A stretch of DNA of 64,000 nt from Bdellovibrionales bacterium (GTDB lineage Bacteria > Bdellovibrionota > Bdellovibrionia > Bdellovibrionales > JAGQZY01). Within the stretch, counting starts at the first letter, position 1. Every line of letters begins with the position of its first letter. The position numbers and the translations under genes are program-made. Positions 9,129 through 18,151 of this stretch are shown here, piece by piece. Under the pieces are notes generated by a model that searched no databases, was not told the origin of the DNA, and saw only the letters and a program-made list of their open reading frames with translations. The stretch covers positions 576,001-640,000 of the forward strand of contig CAXRHT010000001.1 of assembly GCA_964230645.1 (NCBI GenBank). Direction: 5' to 3'.

Positions 9129-9920
9129 ATGAATCATTTTAAATATTTATTAAAAGTGTTCAGCTTGTGCTTTTTACTATCGACCACGGCTTGCGCTGAC
9201 AGTCCTGAGAGTCCCGTGTCTGGTACTAGCGGTGATAACTCGCAACAAGAAGAAGGACAAGGTCAAGAGACCAGTGAAAACTTAACTGCTATGGCTGTAA
9301 AGTACGAAGGCAGAGACACTCAAGGTCGAACTTGCGACTTTTTCGTAACCATCATGGAAGAAGAAGGTGACCATTCAGCCCATGCTCATAGTCTTGCTCT
9401 AAAGATGAACTACACAACTCTAGACGGACATAAACCTCATGCTGGTGAAGCTCAGTTTTATCTCTATGATAGCTCAAACGGAACTTATTACCCAGAAGAT
9501 TCAAACAAACCAAACACAACCCTGTCTTTACTTTCAGTCTCCTTAAAAGATCCAGACCTTGTTGCAGATCCAAACCTTATTAATGATTACATTGCCAATG
9601 TTGAGCTTGATCAATACCTACGCGTTGAGTTTAACCAAAATGCCGATGTTGAGCTTTTTGAAGAAGCTCTCGAATCCGTCTTAGCTGGGGGGACGACTCT
9701 TGAACAAAACCTCGATGTGTTCAGCTCCGTTCAATTGCTCAGTATGGGTACAGCCCATGGTGACCATTATCACTTTCCTGCTTGCTTGAATTTTGCTCCC
9801 GTCAGTGTAGAGGAAACTCTTTTTGAATTGGCTGGACATGATCATGATGAAGAAGAAGATCATGACCTCGAAGAGGACCATGACCATGATAACGATCACG
9901 ATCACGACCACGGACACTAG
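9129..9920 (+). CDS. His/Asp-rich metal-binding lipoprotein
   Basis: Lipobox TTAC, HSAHAH, HGDHYH, and a C-terminal HD-repeat tail. Confidence 0.8.
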   Translation: MNHFKYLLKVFSLCFLLSTTACADSPESPVSGTSGDNSQQEEGQGQETSENLTAMAVKYEGRDTQGRTCDFFVTIMEEEGDHSAHAHSLALKMNYTTLDGHKPHAGEAQFYLYDSSNGTYYPEDSNKPNTTLSLLSVSLKDPDLVADPNLINDYIANVELDQYLRVEFNQNADVELFEEALESVLAGGTTLEQNLDVFSSVQLLSMGTAHGDHYHFPACLNFAPVSVEETLFELAGHDHDEEEDHDLEEDHDHDNDHDHDHGH

Positions 9921-9926
9921 AAATCT

Positions 9927-12047
9927 ATGAATTCGCGTTGGGTGTTGGTTTTATTATCTGTGTTTCAATTTTCTTCAGTTCTACTGGCTGAAGAAAGTGT
10001 TCCCACTGTTGTGATTGAATCAGAGGGGGAAATGACTTCCCCTCTGAACCCCTACTCGACTTATAAGACTGAAAAAGTGTCCGAGCAGAAGTTCACCCAA
10101 CCCGATCGTCAATCTGTTGCCGATCTTGTTAAAGACCAAGTGGGTGTCGAAGCTCAAACCTATTGCTCCAATTGTGGAGCGAAAAGACTCACCATCAATG
10201 GATTAAAAGGTGAGCACACCTCAATTCTTGTCGATGGCCTCCCCTTACACTCGGCTGTTTCCAGTTTTTATGGTGTCGACAGTATTCCAGTAAATGGCCT
10301 CGAGCAGATTGATGTGATGCGCGGGACTGGGGCTTCCATGACCAATCCTGAAGCCATCGGAGGGACTCTCGATCTCATCACAGTCAACCCTCTTATCCCA
10401 AAGCAAGTTTACAGCACTTCACTGAGTGTAAACGATGAGCTTGAAGGCACGGCCCAGAATCACTCTGCCCTTGTTTCTTTACCAACAAACAATAAAAAAT
10501 TTGGTATTAGTTTTGGAGGGCAATGGACTCAATCCAATCCATGGGATGAAGACGAAAATGGAATTGCCGAATCCCCTCTTAGGGAAAACCTCAGTGGGAT
10601 TTTGAAAACTCGCTTTTTACCGAATGCCAACAACGATTTTCAAATTAGACTTGGAGCCTCGGATCTCACCATTTTAGGAGGCCCGGTTAATGCCTCAAAA
10701 CCCAATCAAGTTCGCCCCATTCCCGCCCAGGAATCAGACTTCGTGGATGGAAGTGTTGAAAAGAAGTTTATTGGTGATCCTTTGCAAGTGACAGATTGGA
10801 TTTCATTGAAGAGATACGAAGGGGCCTTTCATTGGACTTCTTACCTATCCCAATCAATGACTCTTTCCTGGAACTCAGGATATGCCCGTCAGGAACAAAG
10901 AGCCATTTACCAACATGGCTTTGATTACGCACACAACGACAATCTTTTCGTCTCAGACCTAAGTTTGCAGTGGCTAATGAGTGATTCTCATATTTTAAAA
11001 ACAGGTCTCTTTCATAAAACCCAGAGGTTAAGATCTGCCTCCGAAGTCCTATTTGAACAAGATGGAATCCCAAAAGATAATTTTGATAACACATCTTATG
11101 CGACTTACTTTAAATACAGCTATCTCCACTCCCACTCTCTTGAAATGGACTTTGCTTTAAGGCTTGATCAGGTTCAAATAAATTGGACAGATCTCTCTAA
11201 CAAGATCAATGAACTTGTCGCAGCCCCTCGCTATCAGATTCGGCATGAATTCAACGAGCATCTCTCTCAACGTTTCTCTTATGGACTGGGCTACCGGGCC
11301 CCACTGACTTTTTTCGAATCCCAGCATGGTAATAACGAACATGGCTACCAGGTTGATATTACCGACCTTGAGAAAGCTCATTCCTTTGTTTACTCCCTCA
11401 GCTACAACACGCCCACCTACTATATTACCGGGGGCGTTCATTACACCAAGCTTGAAAATATGGCCTATGGTTTTGAGTCGGAAGGACAGCCTATTTTTTA
11501 TCGCAACACTTCTGAGACCTACGATATTTGGACCAATGATTTGCTATTAGGCTACCAGGTACAACCCTGGTGGATGATTGAGGGAAGCATCGAGTTTTTT
11601 ACCTACGAAAACGGTTACACCCAAAAGTTACCTACAGCAGCCATCGAAAGACGCTTTCAATTACAGTCAAATATCGACACGGGCACTTGGAGGCACAATT
11701 TTTCAGCCACATTCGTAGGCTCAAGAGATTTGTCTCGCTACGGACAGTACAGTAATTATTATGTGGATCGAAATCAGTTCCCCCCCCCGGAACAAAGGGG
11801 CGATGAACTCAAGGATCAAAAAGCTCCGGGCTATCTCGTGTTATCCACTTCCCTTACCTATGTTTTGAGCGGAGATTACCTTTTCAGCCTCGGTATTAAC
11901 AATCTTCTCAACGAAACGCAGGTGGCCTATCAAGACAACCCTTCCTCTTGGCATTGGCACTTCGACCACGCCCATTTCGACGGACTTCATACTTGGGGCC
12001 CCAATCGAGGCCGAGAGTACTATTTTAAGTTTTCAACACAATTCTAA
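9927..12047 (+). CDS. TonB-dependent receptor
   Basis: Signal peptide, plug motifs ILVDGLP and QIDVMRG, LGINNLLN, terminal Phe. Confidence 0.95.
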   Translation: MNSRWVLVLLSVFQFSSVLLAEESVPTVVIESEGEMTSPLNPYSTYKTEKVSEQKFTQPDRQSVADLVKDQVGVEAQTYCSNCGAKRLTINGLKGEHTSILVDGLPLHSAVSSFYGVDSIPVNGLEQIDVMRGTGASMTNPEAIGGTLDLITVNPLIPKQVYSTSLSVNDELEGTAQNHSALVSLPTNNKKFGISFGGQWTQSNPWDEDENGIAESPLRENLSGILKTRFLPNANNDFQIRLGASDLTILGGPVNASKPNQVRPIPAQESDFVDGSVEKKFIGDPLQVTDWISLKRYEGAFHWTSYLSQSMTLSWNSGYARQEQRAIYQHGFDYAHNDNLFVSDLSLQWLMSDSHILKTGLFHKTQRLRSASEVLFEQDGIPKDNFDNTSYATYFKYSYLHSHSLEMDFALRLDQVQINWTDLSNKINELVAAPRYQIRHEFNEHLSQRFSYGLGYRAPLTFFESQHGNNEHGYQVDITDLEKAHSFVYSLSYNTPTYYITGGVHYTKLENMAYGFESEGQPIFYRNTSETYDIWTNDLLLGYQVQPWWMIEGSIEFFTYENGYTQKLPTAAIERRFQLQSNIDTGTWRHNFSATFVGSRDLSRYGQYSNYYVDRNQFPPPEQRGDELKDQKAPGYLVLSTSLTYVLSGDYLFSLGINNLLNETQVAYQDNPSSWHWHFDHAHFDGLHTWGPNRGREYYFKFSTQF

Positions 12048-12195
12048 GAGCGGTTTCCCCTTTCTTTTCAAAATTCACTAAAAATCACTTCCTTAGATCC
12101 AAAGAACTGAGTTTTCTCAAAATCTAAACATTTGGATAATGATAAATCGATAAATTTTGTTAATTTATCATCGTCATAAAAGGAGAGGTGAAACC

Positions 12196-13233
12196 GTGAG
12201 TGACTATGGAAACCGAAATATTTTCGTCATTGGAGGCTCAGCGGGCTCTATCACAAGTCTCAGAGCTATTTTTAGCCAAATCAAAGCTGATTTTGAGGGA
12301 ACCATACTTGTAGCCATCCATCTTCACCCTCACTTGCGTTCTCATTTAGATAGGGTTCTTGCGGAAAAGTCAGAAATTCCCATCGAATTAGCCACCCACG
12401 GAAAAACTCTGGAAAAAGGAAAGGCCTATCTCTGTGTTCCAAACCGTCATATTCTAGTGGATGAAGAAAAAATCATTCTCACCAATGGGCCTAGGGAAAA
12501 TCGTGTTAAACCTGCGATCGACCCACTTTTCAGGTCCGCAGCTTTTTATCATCGCTCTAAAACAACGGGCATCATTCTTAGTGGAACACTCGATGATGGC
12601 TCAGCCGGTCTTCTTGCCGTCAAAGATTGCGGAGGTTTATCGATTGTCGAAGACCCTGAAACCGCACAGTTTAAAGAAATGCCTAAGAACGCCAAAGCCA
12701 TAGCCTCAATTGATCACATCGCCTCCCCTGAGGAAATAGGCCAACTTATTTACGAAATCTCGCGATCCCCAGCACCGGCTCCCCCCAAACATATTCCTGA
12801 GAACTTAGAAGCGGAAGTCAAAATTTCTATTCGCTCCCAAAGTGATATCGATCTACAGAATGAATTGGGAAATCAGGTTCCCTACATTTGCCCTGAGTGC
12901 AGTGGGCCCTTATGGGAAATGAAAGAAAAAAGGCAAAAACGTTACCGCTGCCACACAGGTCACGCCTATTCCCTAAAAAATTTGGCAGCTGGGCAAGAAG
13001 AGGCTTTAGAAGAGTCCCTCTGGGCCGCCCTTCGGACCCTTGAAGAAAAAGCAAGAACTCTTAAAACTATCTCGAAAGAGGCAAAACGAGAGTTGGACGA
13101 CGATATGGCCACTCACTATGAACATCAGTCAGAATCACTTTATCAACAAACCGAACATCTCAGAAACTTTCTTCTCGATTTCGAAAATCGGTTTGGGAAA
13201 GATCCTGTCTTAGAACAAGAAGCGGGTGAATAA
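12196..13233 (+). CDS. CheB-type methylesterase without receiver domain, with C-terminal Cys/His domain
   Basis: GGSAG, IHL, PAIDPLFRSAA, LSGTLDDG; CPECSG and RYRCHTGH. GTG start after AGGAGAGG. Confidence 0.85.
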   Translation: MSDYGNRNIFVIGGSAGSITSLRAIFSQIKADFEGTILVAIHLHPHLRSHLDRVLAEKSEIPIELATHGKTLEKGKAYLCVPNRHILVDEEKIILTNGPRENRVKPAIDPLFRSAAFYHRSKTTGIILSGTLDDGSAGLLAVKDCGGLSIVEDPETAQFKEMPKNAKAIASIDHIASPEEIGQLIYEISRSPAPAPPKHIPENLEAEVKISIRSQSDIDLQNELGNQVPYICPECSGPLWEMKEKRQKRYRCHTGHAYSLKNLAAGQEEALEESLWAALRTLEEKARTLKTISKEAKRELDDDMATHYEHQSESLYQQTEHLRNFLLDFENRFGKDPVLEQEAGE

Positions 13234-14155
13234 AAAAATGGATCGACGAGTTTTTCTTGAAAGGTCTGGAGCTTTAACACTTTCCTTCTATGCACCTTCT
13301 CTCCTAGCAAAACCCGAGAAAAGTCCCTCATTTGTTGAAAAAACTATACCATCCACAAACCAAAAAATTGCGGCCATTGGGATGGGCACCTGGATCACTT
13401 TTAATGTTGGCTCTGACCTCTCCCTAAGAAAAGACAGAACAGAGGTTCTTAAAAAGTTTTTCGGAAAAGGAGGCCAACTTATTGATTCCTCCCCCATGTA
13501 TGGCTCTTCCCAAGAAGTTTTAGGCTTTGGTTTAAAACAACTGGGTTTTCCTAAAAAGCTAATAGCAGCGGACAAAATTTGGACCGAAGAAAAAAGTGAG
13601 GGCCCTGAACAATTTAAAGACATGCAAAAAGATTGGAACATCAAACAATTTGGAGTTCTTCAGGTCCATAATTTGGTGAACTGGCAAGCCCACCTTCCCT
13701 TTATGAGAGAACTTAAAAAGCAGGGAAAGGTAAAATACATTGGGGTTACCACCTCTCATGGTCGAAGACACTCTGAGCTCAAAGAAATTCTTAAAAAAGA
13801 GCCTCTAGACTTCGTACAATTAACATACAACATCACCCACCGAGAGGTTGAAAAAGATATACTTCCTTTAGCGCGGGAGAAAAAAATAGCCGTTATTGCC
13901 AATCGCCCCCTTAATGGTGGTCGGCTGATGGATCAATTCCAAACCAAAAAACTTCCCTCGTGGTGCTCGGAATTGGAAATCACATGCTGGTCGCAATATT
14001 TTCTGAAATTTATTATTTCTCATCCCGCTTTGACTTGCGCTATTCCGGCTACCTCTAAAGTCGCTCACATGGAAGAAAATATGGGAGCTTGCTACGGTCC
14101 CCTTCCCGACCAAAAAACAAGAGAAAAAATGATAACCTATATAGCGAGTTTATGA
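13226..14155 (+). CDS. Aldo/keto reductase with Tat signal
   Basis: RRVFL, IGMGTW, IDSSPMYG, LQVHNL, IPATSK. Confidence 0.92.
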   Translation: MNKKMDRRVFLERSGALTLSFYAPSLLAKPEKSPSFVEKTIPSTNQKIAAIGMGTWITFNVGSDLSLRKDRTEVLKKFFGKGGQLIDSSPMYGSSQEVLGFGLKQLGFPKKLIAADKIWTEEKSEGPEQFKDMQKDWNIKQFGVLQVHNLVNWQAHLPFMRELKKQGKVKYIGVTTSHGRRHSELKEILKKEPLDFVQLTYNITHREVEKDILPLAREKKIAVIANRPLNGGRLMDQFQTKKLPSWCSELEITCWSQYFLKFIISHPALTCAIPATSKVAHMEENMGACYGPLPDQKTREKMITYIASL

Positions 14156-14736
14156 TCTCTGATTTAACAAGTTACTCTCTTACTGATTTCATCCCCTTTT
14201 CTCAAGAAGTCCTCGTCAGTCTTTTTAGACGCTACAACGAATCTTTGTGGCCTTCTCAACTTTTAATTCTTTTTATTTTTCTCTTTTTTCTTTTGACCAA
14301 AACCCACCACAAAAAGATTTTCTTAGTTCCTCTGGCTCTATCTTGGGCTTTCATTGGGTATATTTTTCATTTAAAATTTTTAGAAAACATACTCTGGGCC
14401 GGAAACCTGACCGGATGGTTATTCTTCATGGAGGCCTTGGTTTTATCATGTCTGATTTTTATGAATAGTCTCAAGAGACACAAACCAATATCTATTTTCA
14501 TGCGCTTTGGAATGGCTTTGCTTTGGGCCTCAATTCTTTTCCCCCTAAGTTACCTTCAACCAATTTCCAGTAAGCAAATACTACTATTAGGGTGGGACCC
14601 CACCGCCACCTCATTGGCCACACTGGGGGTTTTACTGAGCTCTTACAAACGCGTTTATATCTTTATCGGTTCATTCATTCCCATCATATGGCTGGGTCTT
14701 GTTGTTGTTTTAAACTTTCACTTTGTTAATTCATAA
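14152..14736 (+). CDS. Integral membrane protein (DUF6064-like)
   Basis: ATGA overlap with the reductase; FRRYNESLWP and DPTATSLATLG; multiple TM segments. Confidence 0.7.
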   Translation: MISDLTSYSLTDFIPFSQEVLVSLFRRYNESLWPSQLLILFIFLFFLLTKTHHKKIFLVPLALSWAFIGYIFHLKFLENILWAGNLTGWLFFMEALVLSCLIFMNSLKRHKPISIFMRFGMALLWASILFPLSYLQPISSKQILLLGWDPTATSLATLGVLLSSYKRVYIFIGSFIPIIWLGLVVVLNFHFVNS

Positions 14737-14771
14737 TTTTAAGGAATTGACGGGAAAGGAGAGAGGAAAAA

Positions 14772-15977
14772 ATGGAAAGCTTTTTTAACTTATGGGCAAA
14801 GTCTGCAATGACCTCTTTGGGTCTTTTCTGGATGGCCTTTTGGGCCTTTGGCTTGGGATATGTCATTAGTAGTATGATACAAGTCTTTGTCACAAAACAA
14901 AGAATGAAAAAGACGATGGGAGAGGCTGGCATTAAAAGTGTCGGCCTTGGCACTTTTTTCGGTTTTATCTCTAGCTCTTGCTCTTTTGCAGCCCTTTCCA
15001 CCACTCGAGCGCTTTTCGCAAAAGGAGCCGGTCTTGTGCCCTCCTTGGCCTTTCTCCTAGCGTCCACCAACTTAGTGGTTGAACTTGGAATTATTATTTC
15101 CATATTCCTCTCTTGGCAGTTCGTGGTGGGAGAGTATCTGGGTGGTCTTCTACTCATTCTTTTAATGGCCATTATAGTAAAATTGACTCTGCCTCAAAAA
15201 TTAGAGGAAAACGCCCGAGAAAATGCTCAAGAAAGTGAAGGAGATAAAGAAGACGACAAGGACGCTCCCGACTGGAAAAAATTAATAAGAAGTAAAGAGG
15301 GATGGCTTAAAGTTTCTCAAAAATATGTCATGGAATGGCTTATGGTATGGAAGGATGTTTCCATAGGCTTTACCGTTGCCGGAATCATTGCCGCGTTTGT
15401 TCCGAAGACCTTTTTTGAAGCTCTCTTTGTCGGCGCTGGTTCAAAAGATCCTGCTTTTTTTGAAATCCTCCTACAAACCTTTGTCGGTCCAGTGGCTGCT
15501 TTTTTTACTTTTATAGGCTCAATGGGTAATATTCCACTGGCCGCCGTGCTCTTTTCTAACGGCGTCAGCTTTGCCGGAATCATGGCTTTTATCTTTAGTG
15601 ACTTAGTCGTCTTTCCTGTTCTGCGCATTCAAGCCAAGTACTACGGATGGAAAATGGCTCTCTATATTTTAGGAGTTTTTCTTATTATTTTGGTGGGCTC
15701 CTCGTTGATAATGCATATGGGATTTTCATTTTTCGATTTCCTCCCTGATTCCGATTCAGCGAAAAAAGTCACTGACCGAGAGTTTTTCAAGATTGATTAT
15801 ACTTTCTTTCTTAATATTCTCTTTTTAGCTCTCTCGGGATTGGCAGTTTTCTTACACCTAAGAAATAAAGACGGTAGCGGAGGCAGCGTTAGTATGAGTG
15901 AGAAAATTCTTTTCTGGTGCGCTATGCTCGCTTACCTGTGGCTTTCAGGGGGAGTACTAGTGAAATTGTTTTTTTGA
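14772..15977 (+). CDS. Permease (ArsP/DUF318-like)
   Basis: Polytopic; SSCSFAA, FLLASTNLVVELG, GSMGNIPLA; GGAGAGG SD. Confidence 0.85.
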   Translation: MESFFNLWAKSAMTSLGLFWMAFWAFGLGYVISSMIQVFVTKQRMKKTMGEAGIKSVGLGTFFGFISSSCSFAALSTTRALFAKGAGLVPSLAFLLASTNLVVELGIIISIFLSWQFVVGEYLGGLLLILLMAIIVKLTLPQKLEENARENAQESEGDKEDDKDAPDWKKLIRSKEGWLKVSQKYVMEWLMVWKDVSIGFTVAGIIAAFVPKTFFEALFVGAGSKDPAFFEILLQTFVGPVAAFFTFIGSMGNIPLAAVLFSNGVSFAGIMAFIFSDLVVFPVLRIQAKYYGWKMALYILGVFLIILVGSSLIMHMGFSFFDFLPDSDSAKKVTDREFFKIDYTFFLNILFLALSGLAVFLHLRNKDGSGGSVSMSEKILFWCAMLAYLWLSGGVLVKLFF

Positions 15978-16019
15978 ATTGAATCTGAATTTAAGAATTT
16001 GGCATAAGTCGCCTATTAT

Positions 16020-16049
16020 AGATATCTGATATCAAACTATCGGATATCT
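16020..16049. repeat. Inverted repeat
   Basis: AGATATCTGATA-N6-TATCGGATATCT (11/12 match), further flanked by GTCGCC (16008) and GGCGAC (16061). Confidence 0.75.
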
Positions 16050-16077
16050 GAAGTTTTGGGGGCGACATGGAAAACTT

Positions 16078-16231
16078 AGATCCTTCGCTTCGCTCAGGAT
16101 GACAACTACTTCAATCAGAGTGACAAATACGTCGCTCGGGATGACAACTACCTCAATCAGAGTGACAAATACGTCGCTCGGGACGACAACTACCTCAATC
16201 AGAGTGACAAATACGTCGCTCGGGACGACAA
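16078..16231. repeat. REP-like motif followed by a 42-bp tandem repeat (~3.4 copies)
   Basis: AGATCCTTCGCTTCGCTCAGGATGACA at 16078; unit CGCTCGGGAYGACAACTACCTCAATCAGAGTGACAAATACGT starts at 16091, 16133, 16175 and 16217 (partial). Confidence 0.95.
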
Positions 16232-16333
16232 GTAAGGGGACGACGAATAATGGAGGCGGCCCGCGCCGCCGACGACATTAGACAACTTTAAGAAAATGGG
16301 AAATGTAAATGACCAGAAATGGTGAATTAAAGT

Positions 16334-16410
16334 TGGTCGGCCCGACTGGATTTGAACCAGCGACCTCCACCACCCCAAGGTGGCGCGCTACCAGGCTGCG
16401 CCACGGGCCG
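16334..16410 (-). tRNA. tRNA-Pro(GGG)
   Basis: 77 nt, CGGCCCG acceptor stem, anticodon arm CCACC-TTGGGGT-GGTGG, GGTTCAAATCC T arm, encoded CCA. Confidence 0.98.
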
Positions 16411-16701
16411 ACGTGAAAGGTGATTGGACCTTTTTCGTAAAAATCCCTAGTAAAGTCAATGGTTTTACCTCTGGCCTCCCCAGCTAGCTTATATTTCAGG
16501 CAAAACAATTGCCCCTCCCTCTCTTTTGCAAAAACCTTATCTGATTTCAGCTATTTGAAGTTCCTTAAAATTGTAAACCTCTTAGACAGACTGGACTCTC
16601 TGCCAGTTTAAACTCTTCTTAGGACTTAAAATAGGGGTGAAACCTTATCATCGTCTCAATCCCGGCCGATAACATAGACGAACTCAATTTTCGGAGGCCT
16701 C

Positions 16702-17256
16702 ATGAAAACTGCATTTAAGGTTTTAGCTTTGACTCTTTTAGGAATTTCTTTGAGCTTTTGTAGCTCGACTCCAAAAGAAGATGAAAAAGTGGATTTTGAA
16801 AATCCGCAATATGACAAATACAGCTCCAGTGGTGTTTATCAAGACATCGAGGGAGAATCTCGAAACGTAAGCTCCACAGAATACTCTGATGACGATTACG
16901 GTGCCGTTGAAGGTGATGATGAATCAAACATCTTTGCTGATGACGCTGGTTCAGAAACCGATATCGAAGATCAGAGTGAACCCGCTTCTATGGGGTCAGA
17001 ACCCCTTCCCGTTGAAACTCTTGGAAATTCGGAGCCGGCAACAGAACTTCCTACTAAAAGTGTCTCTCCAAAATTTAAAAATGGAATGTACCGAGTGGGC
17101 AGTGCTTGCACGATGAGAGCTCAACCAAGCACAAGCGCTTCAAAAGAAGGAACGGTTCCTAAGGGTAAAAAGCTTTGGATGGAAGCTCACAATGCAAACT
17201 GGGTGAAAGTTTTTAAGAAAAGCGGACCCGTTTTCATTAATAAAGTTTGTCTATAA
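16702..17256 (+). CDS. Lipoprotein with acidic linker and C-terminal SH3-like domain
   Basis: GGAGG SD, LSFC lipobox, MRAQPSTS...WVKV...FINK pattern. Confidence 0.75.
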   Translation: MKTAFKVLALTLLGISLSFCSSTPKEDEKVDFENPQYDKYSSSGVYQDIEGESRNVSSTEYSDDDYGAVEGDDESNIFADDAGSETDIEDQSEPASMGSEPLPVETLGNSEPATELPTKSVSPKFKNGMYRVGSACTMRAQPSTSASKEGTVPKGKKLWMEAHNANWVKVFKKSGPVFINKVCL

Positions 17257-17760
17257 ATTTAAATTCAATTTCGCCTGACGGATTTGCTCTAGAAGAGACT
17301 CAGCAAAATCCATGTTAGTGCTTTTAGGCTCGCTGCTTTGAACGGTGGGCTTTTCTTTTTCCTTTTCCCTCACCTGTTGGCGAAGCTTTTTGATAGCGGC
17401 CTGAGCCCCTTCAATGGAAAAGCGATCATCATAGAGAAGTTTACGAATCATCAGTGCGGTTTCCACATCTTTTTTCGTATACATGCGCTGACCGTTTTTT
17501 GACTTTTTAGGATGGAGAACATCGAACTCACTCTCCCAGTAACGAAGCACGTACTGTTTAACACCGACGTACTCGGCGGCCTCCCCTATTTTGAAACCAA
17601 ATTTGTCAGGGATGTTTTCAATTTTATCTTGAAGCTTATGAGTGGGAGAAATCCATTCGATTTCGTTATGAGGATTTTCTGGATCCACCTCTGTTGAGGT
17701 GGCCATGACGGCTTGAAATTGCGGGTGAGTTTGTTTTAAAAGTTGTTTCCACTCATTCAT
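17251..17760 (-). CDS. MerR-family regulator
   Basis: FKIGEAAEYVGVKQYVLRYWESEF; usual position after ihfA. Confidence 0.92.
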   Translation of the reverse strand: MNEWKQLLKQTHPQFQAVMATSTEVDPENPHNEIEWISPTHKLQDKIENIPDKFGFKIGEAAEYVGVKQYVLRYWESEFDVLHPKKSKNGQRMYTKKDVETALMIRKLLYDDRFSIEGAQAAIKKLRQQVREKEKEKPTVQSSEPKSTNMDFAESLLEQIRQAKLNLNL

Positions 17761-18085
17761 CTTCTGTACCCGTTATGTCCTGACCATTGAGCATGGCTTT
17801 AAGAACCTGACTGGGGCTGAAGTTAAGAACGCGTCTAGCACTGATCGTTATGCGGTCCCCGGTCTGGGGGTTACGACCAATGCGGGATTTTTTCTCCCGA
17901 ACCTCGAACTTACCAAAGCCTGAGATTTTGACCTTTTCTCCTTTAACCAAGCGGTCTTTTAAGGAGCCAAAAACCATCTCCACCAATTCGGAGGCTTCTT
18001 TTTTGGAAAAGCCTATCTTTTCGTAGACCTTTTCCACGATGTCGGCTTTTGTCATTGTTGATTTGGAAATATTCTTTCCTGCCAT
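17753..18085 (-). CDS. ihfA: Integration host factor alpha
   Basis: MTKADIV, VKISGFGKF, GRNPQTG; follows pheT. Confidence 0.93.
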   Translation of the reverse strand: MAGKNISKSTMTKADIVEKVYEKIGFSKKEASELVEMVFGSLKDRLVKGEKVKISGFGKFEVREKKSRIGRNPQTGDRITISARRVLNFSPSQVLKAMLNGQDITGTEDE

Positions 18086-18151
18086 TTGAGAGCCTCCCGG
18101 GGTCGATGAGTTCTATGTATAGGCTACCAAGTCACTGAAAACTTTCAAGTT

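Noticed and set aside
2110..9920. His-rich lipoprotein as substrate of the methyltransferase
   Set aside because: Different transcription units and probably different compartments; only proximity supports it.
16091..16231. CRISPR array
   Set aside because: Intervening sequences are identical rather than unique spacers, and no cas genes are present.
16099..16281. 60-aa Thr-rich ORF
   Set aside because: It is the translation of the 42-bp repeat and has no clear SD.
12050..16334. Integrative element at the tRNA-Pro 3' end
   Set aside because: No integrase and no duplicated tRNA 3' end was noticed in the window.
16278..16508. 76-aa ORF
   Set aside because: Overlaps tRNA-Pro.
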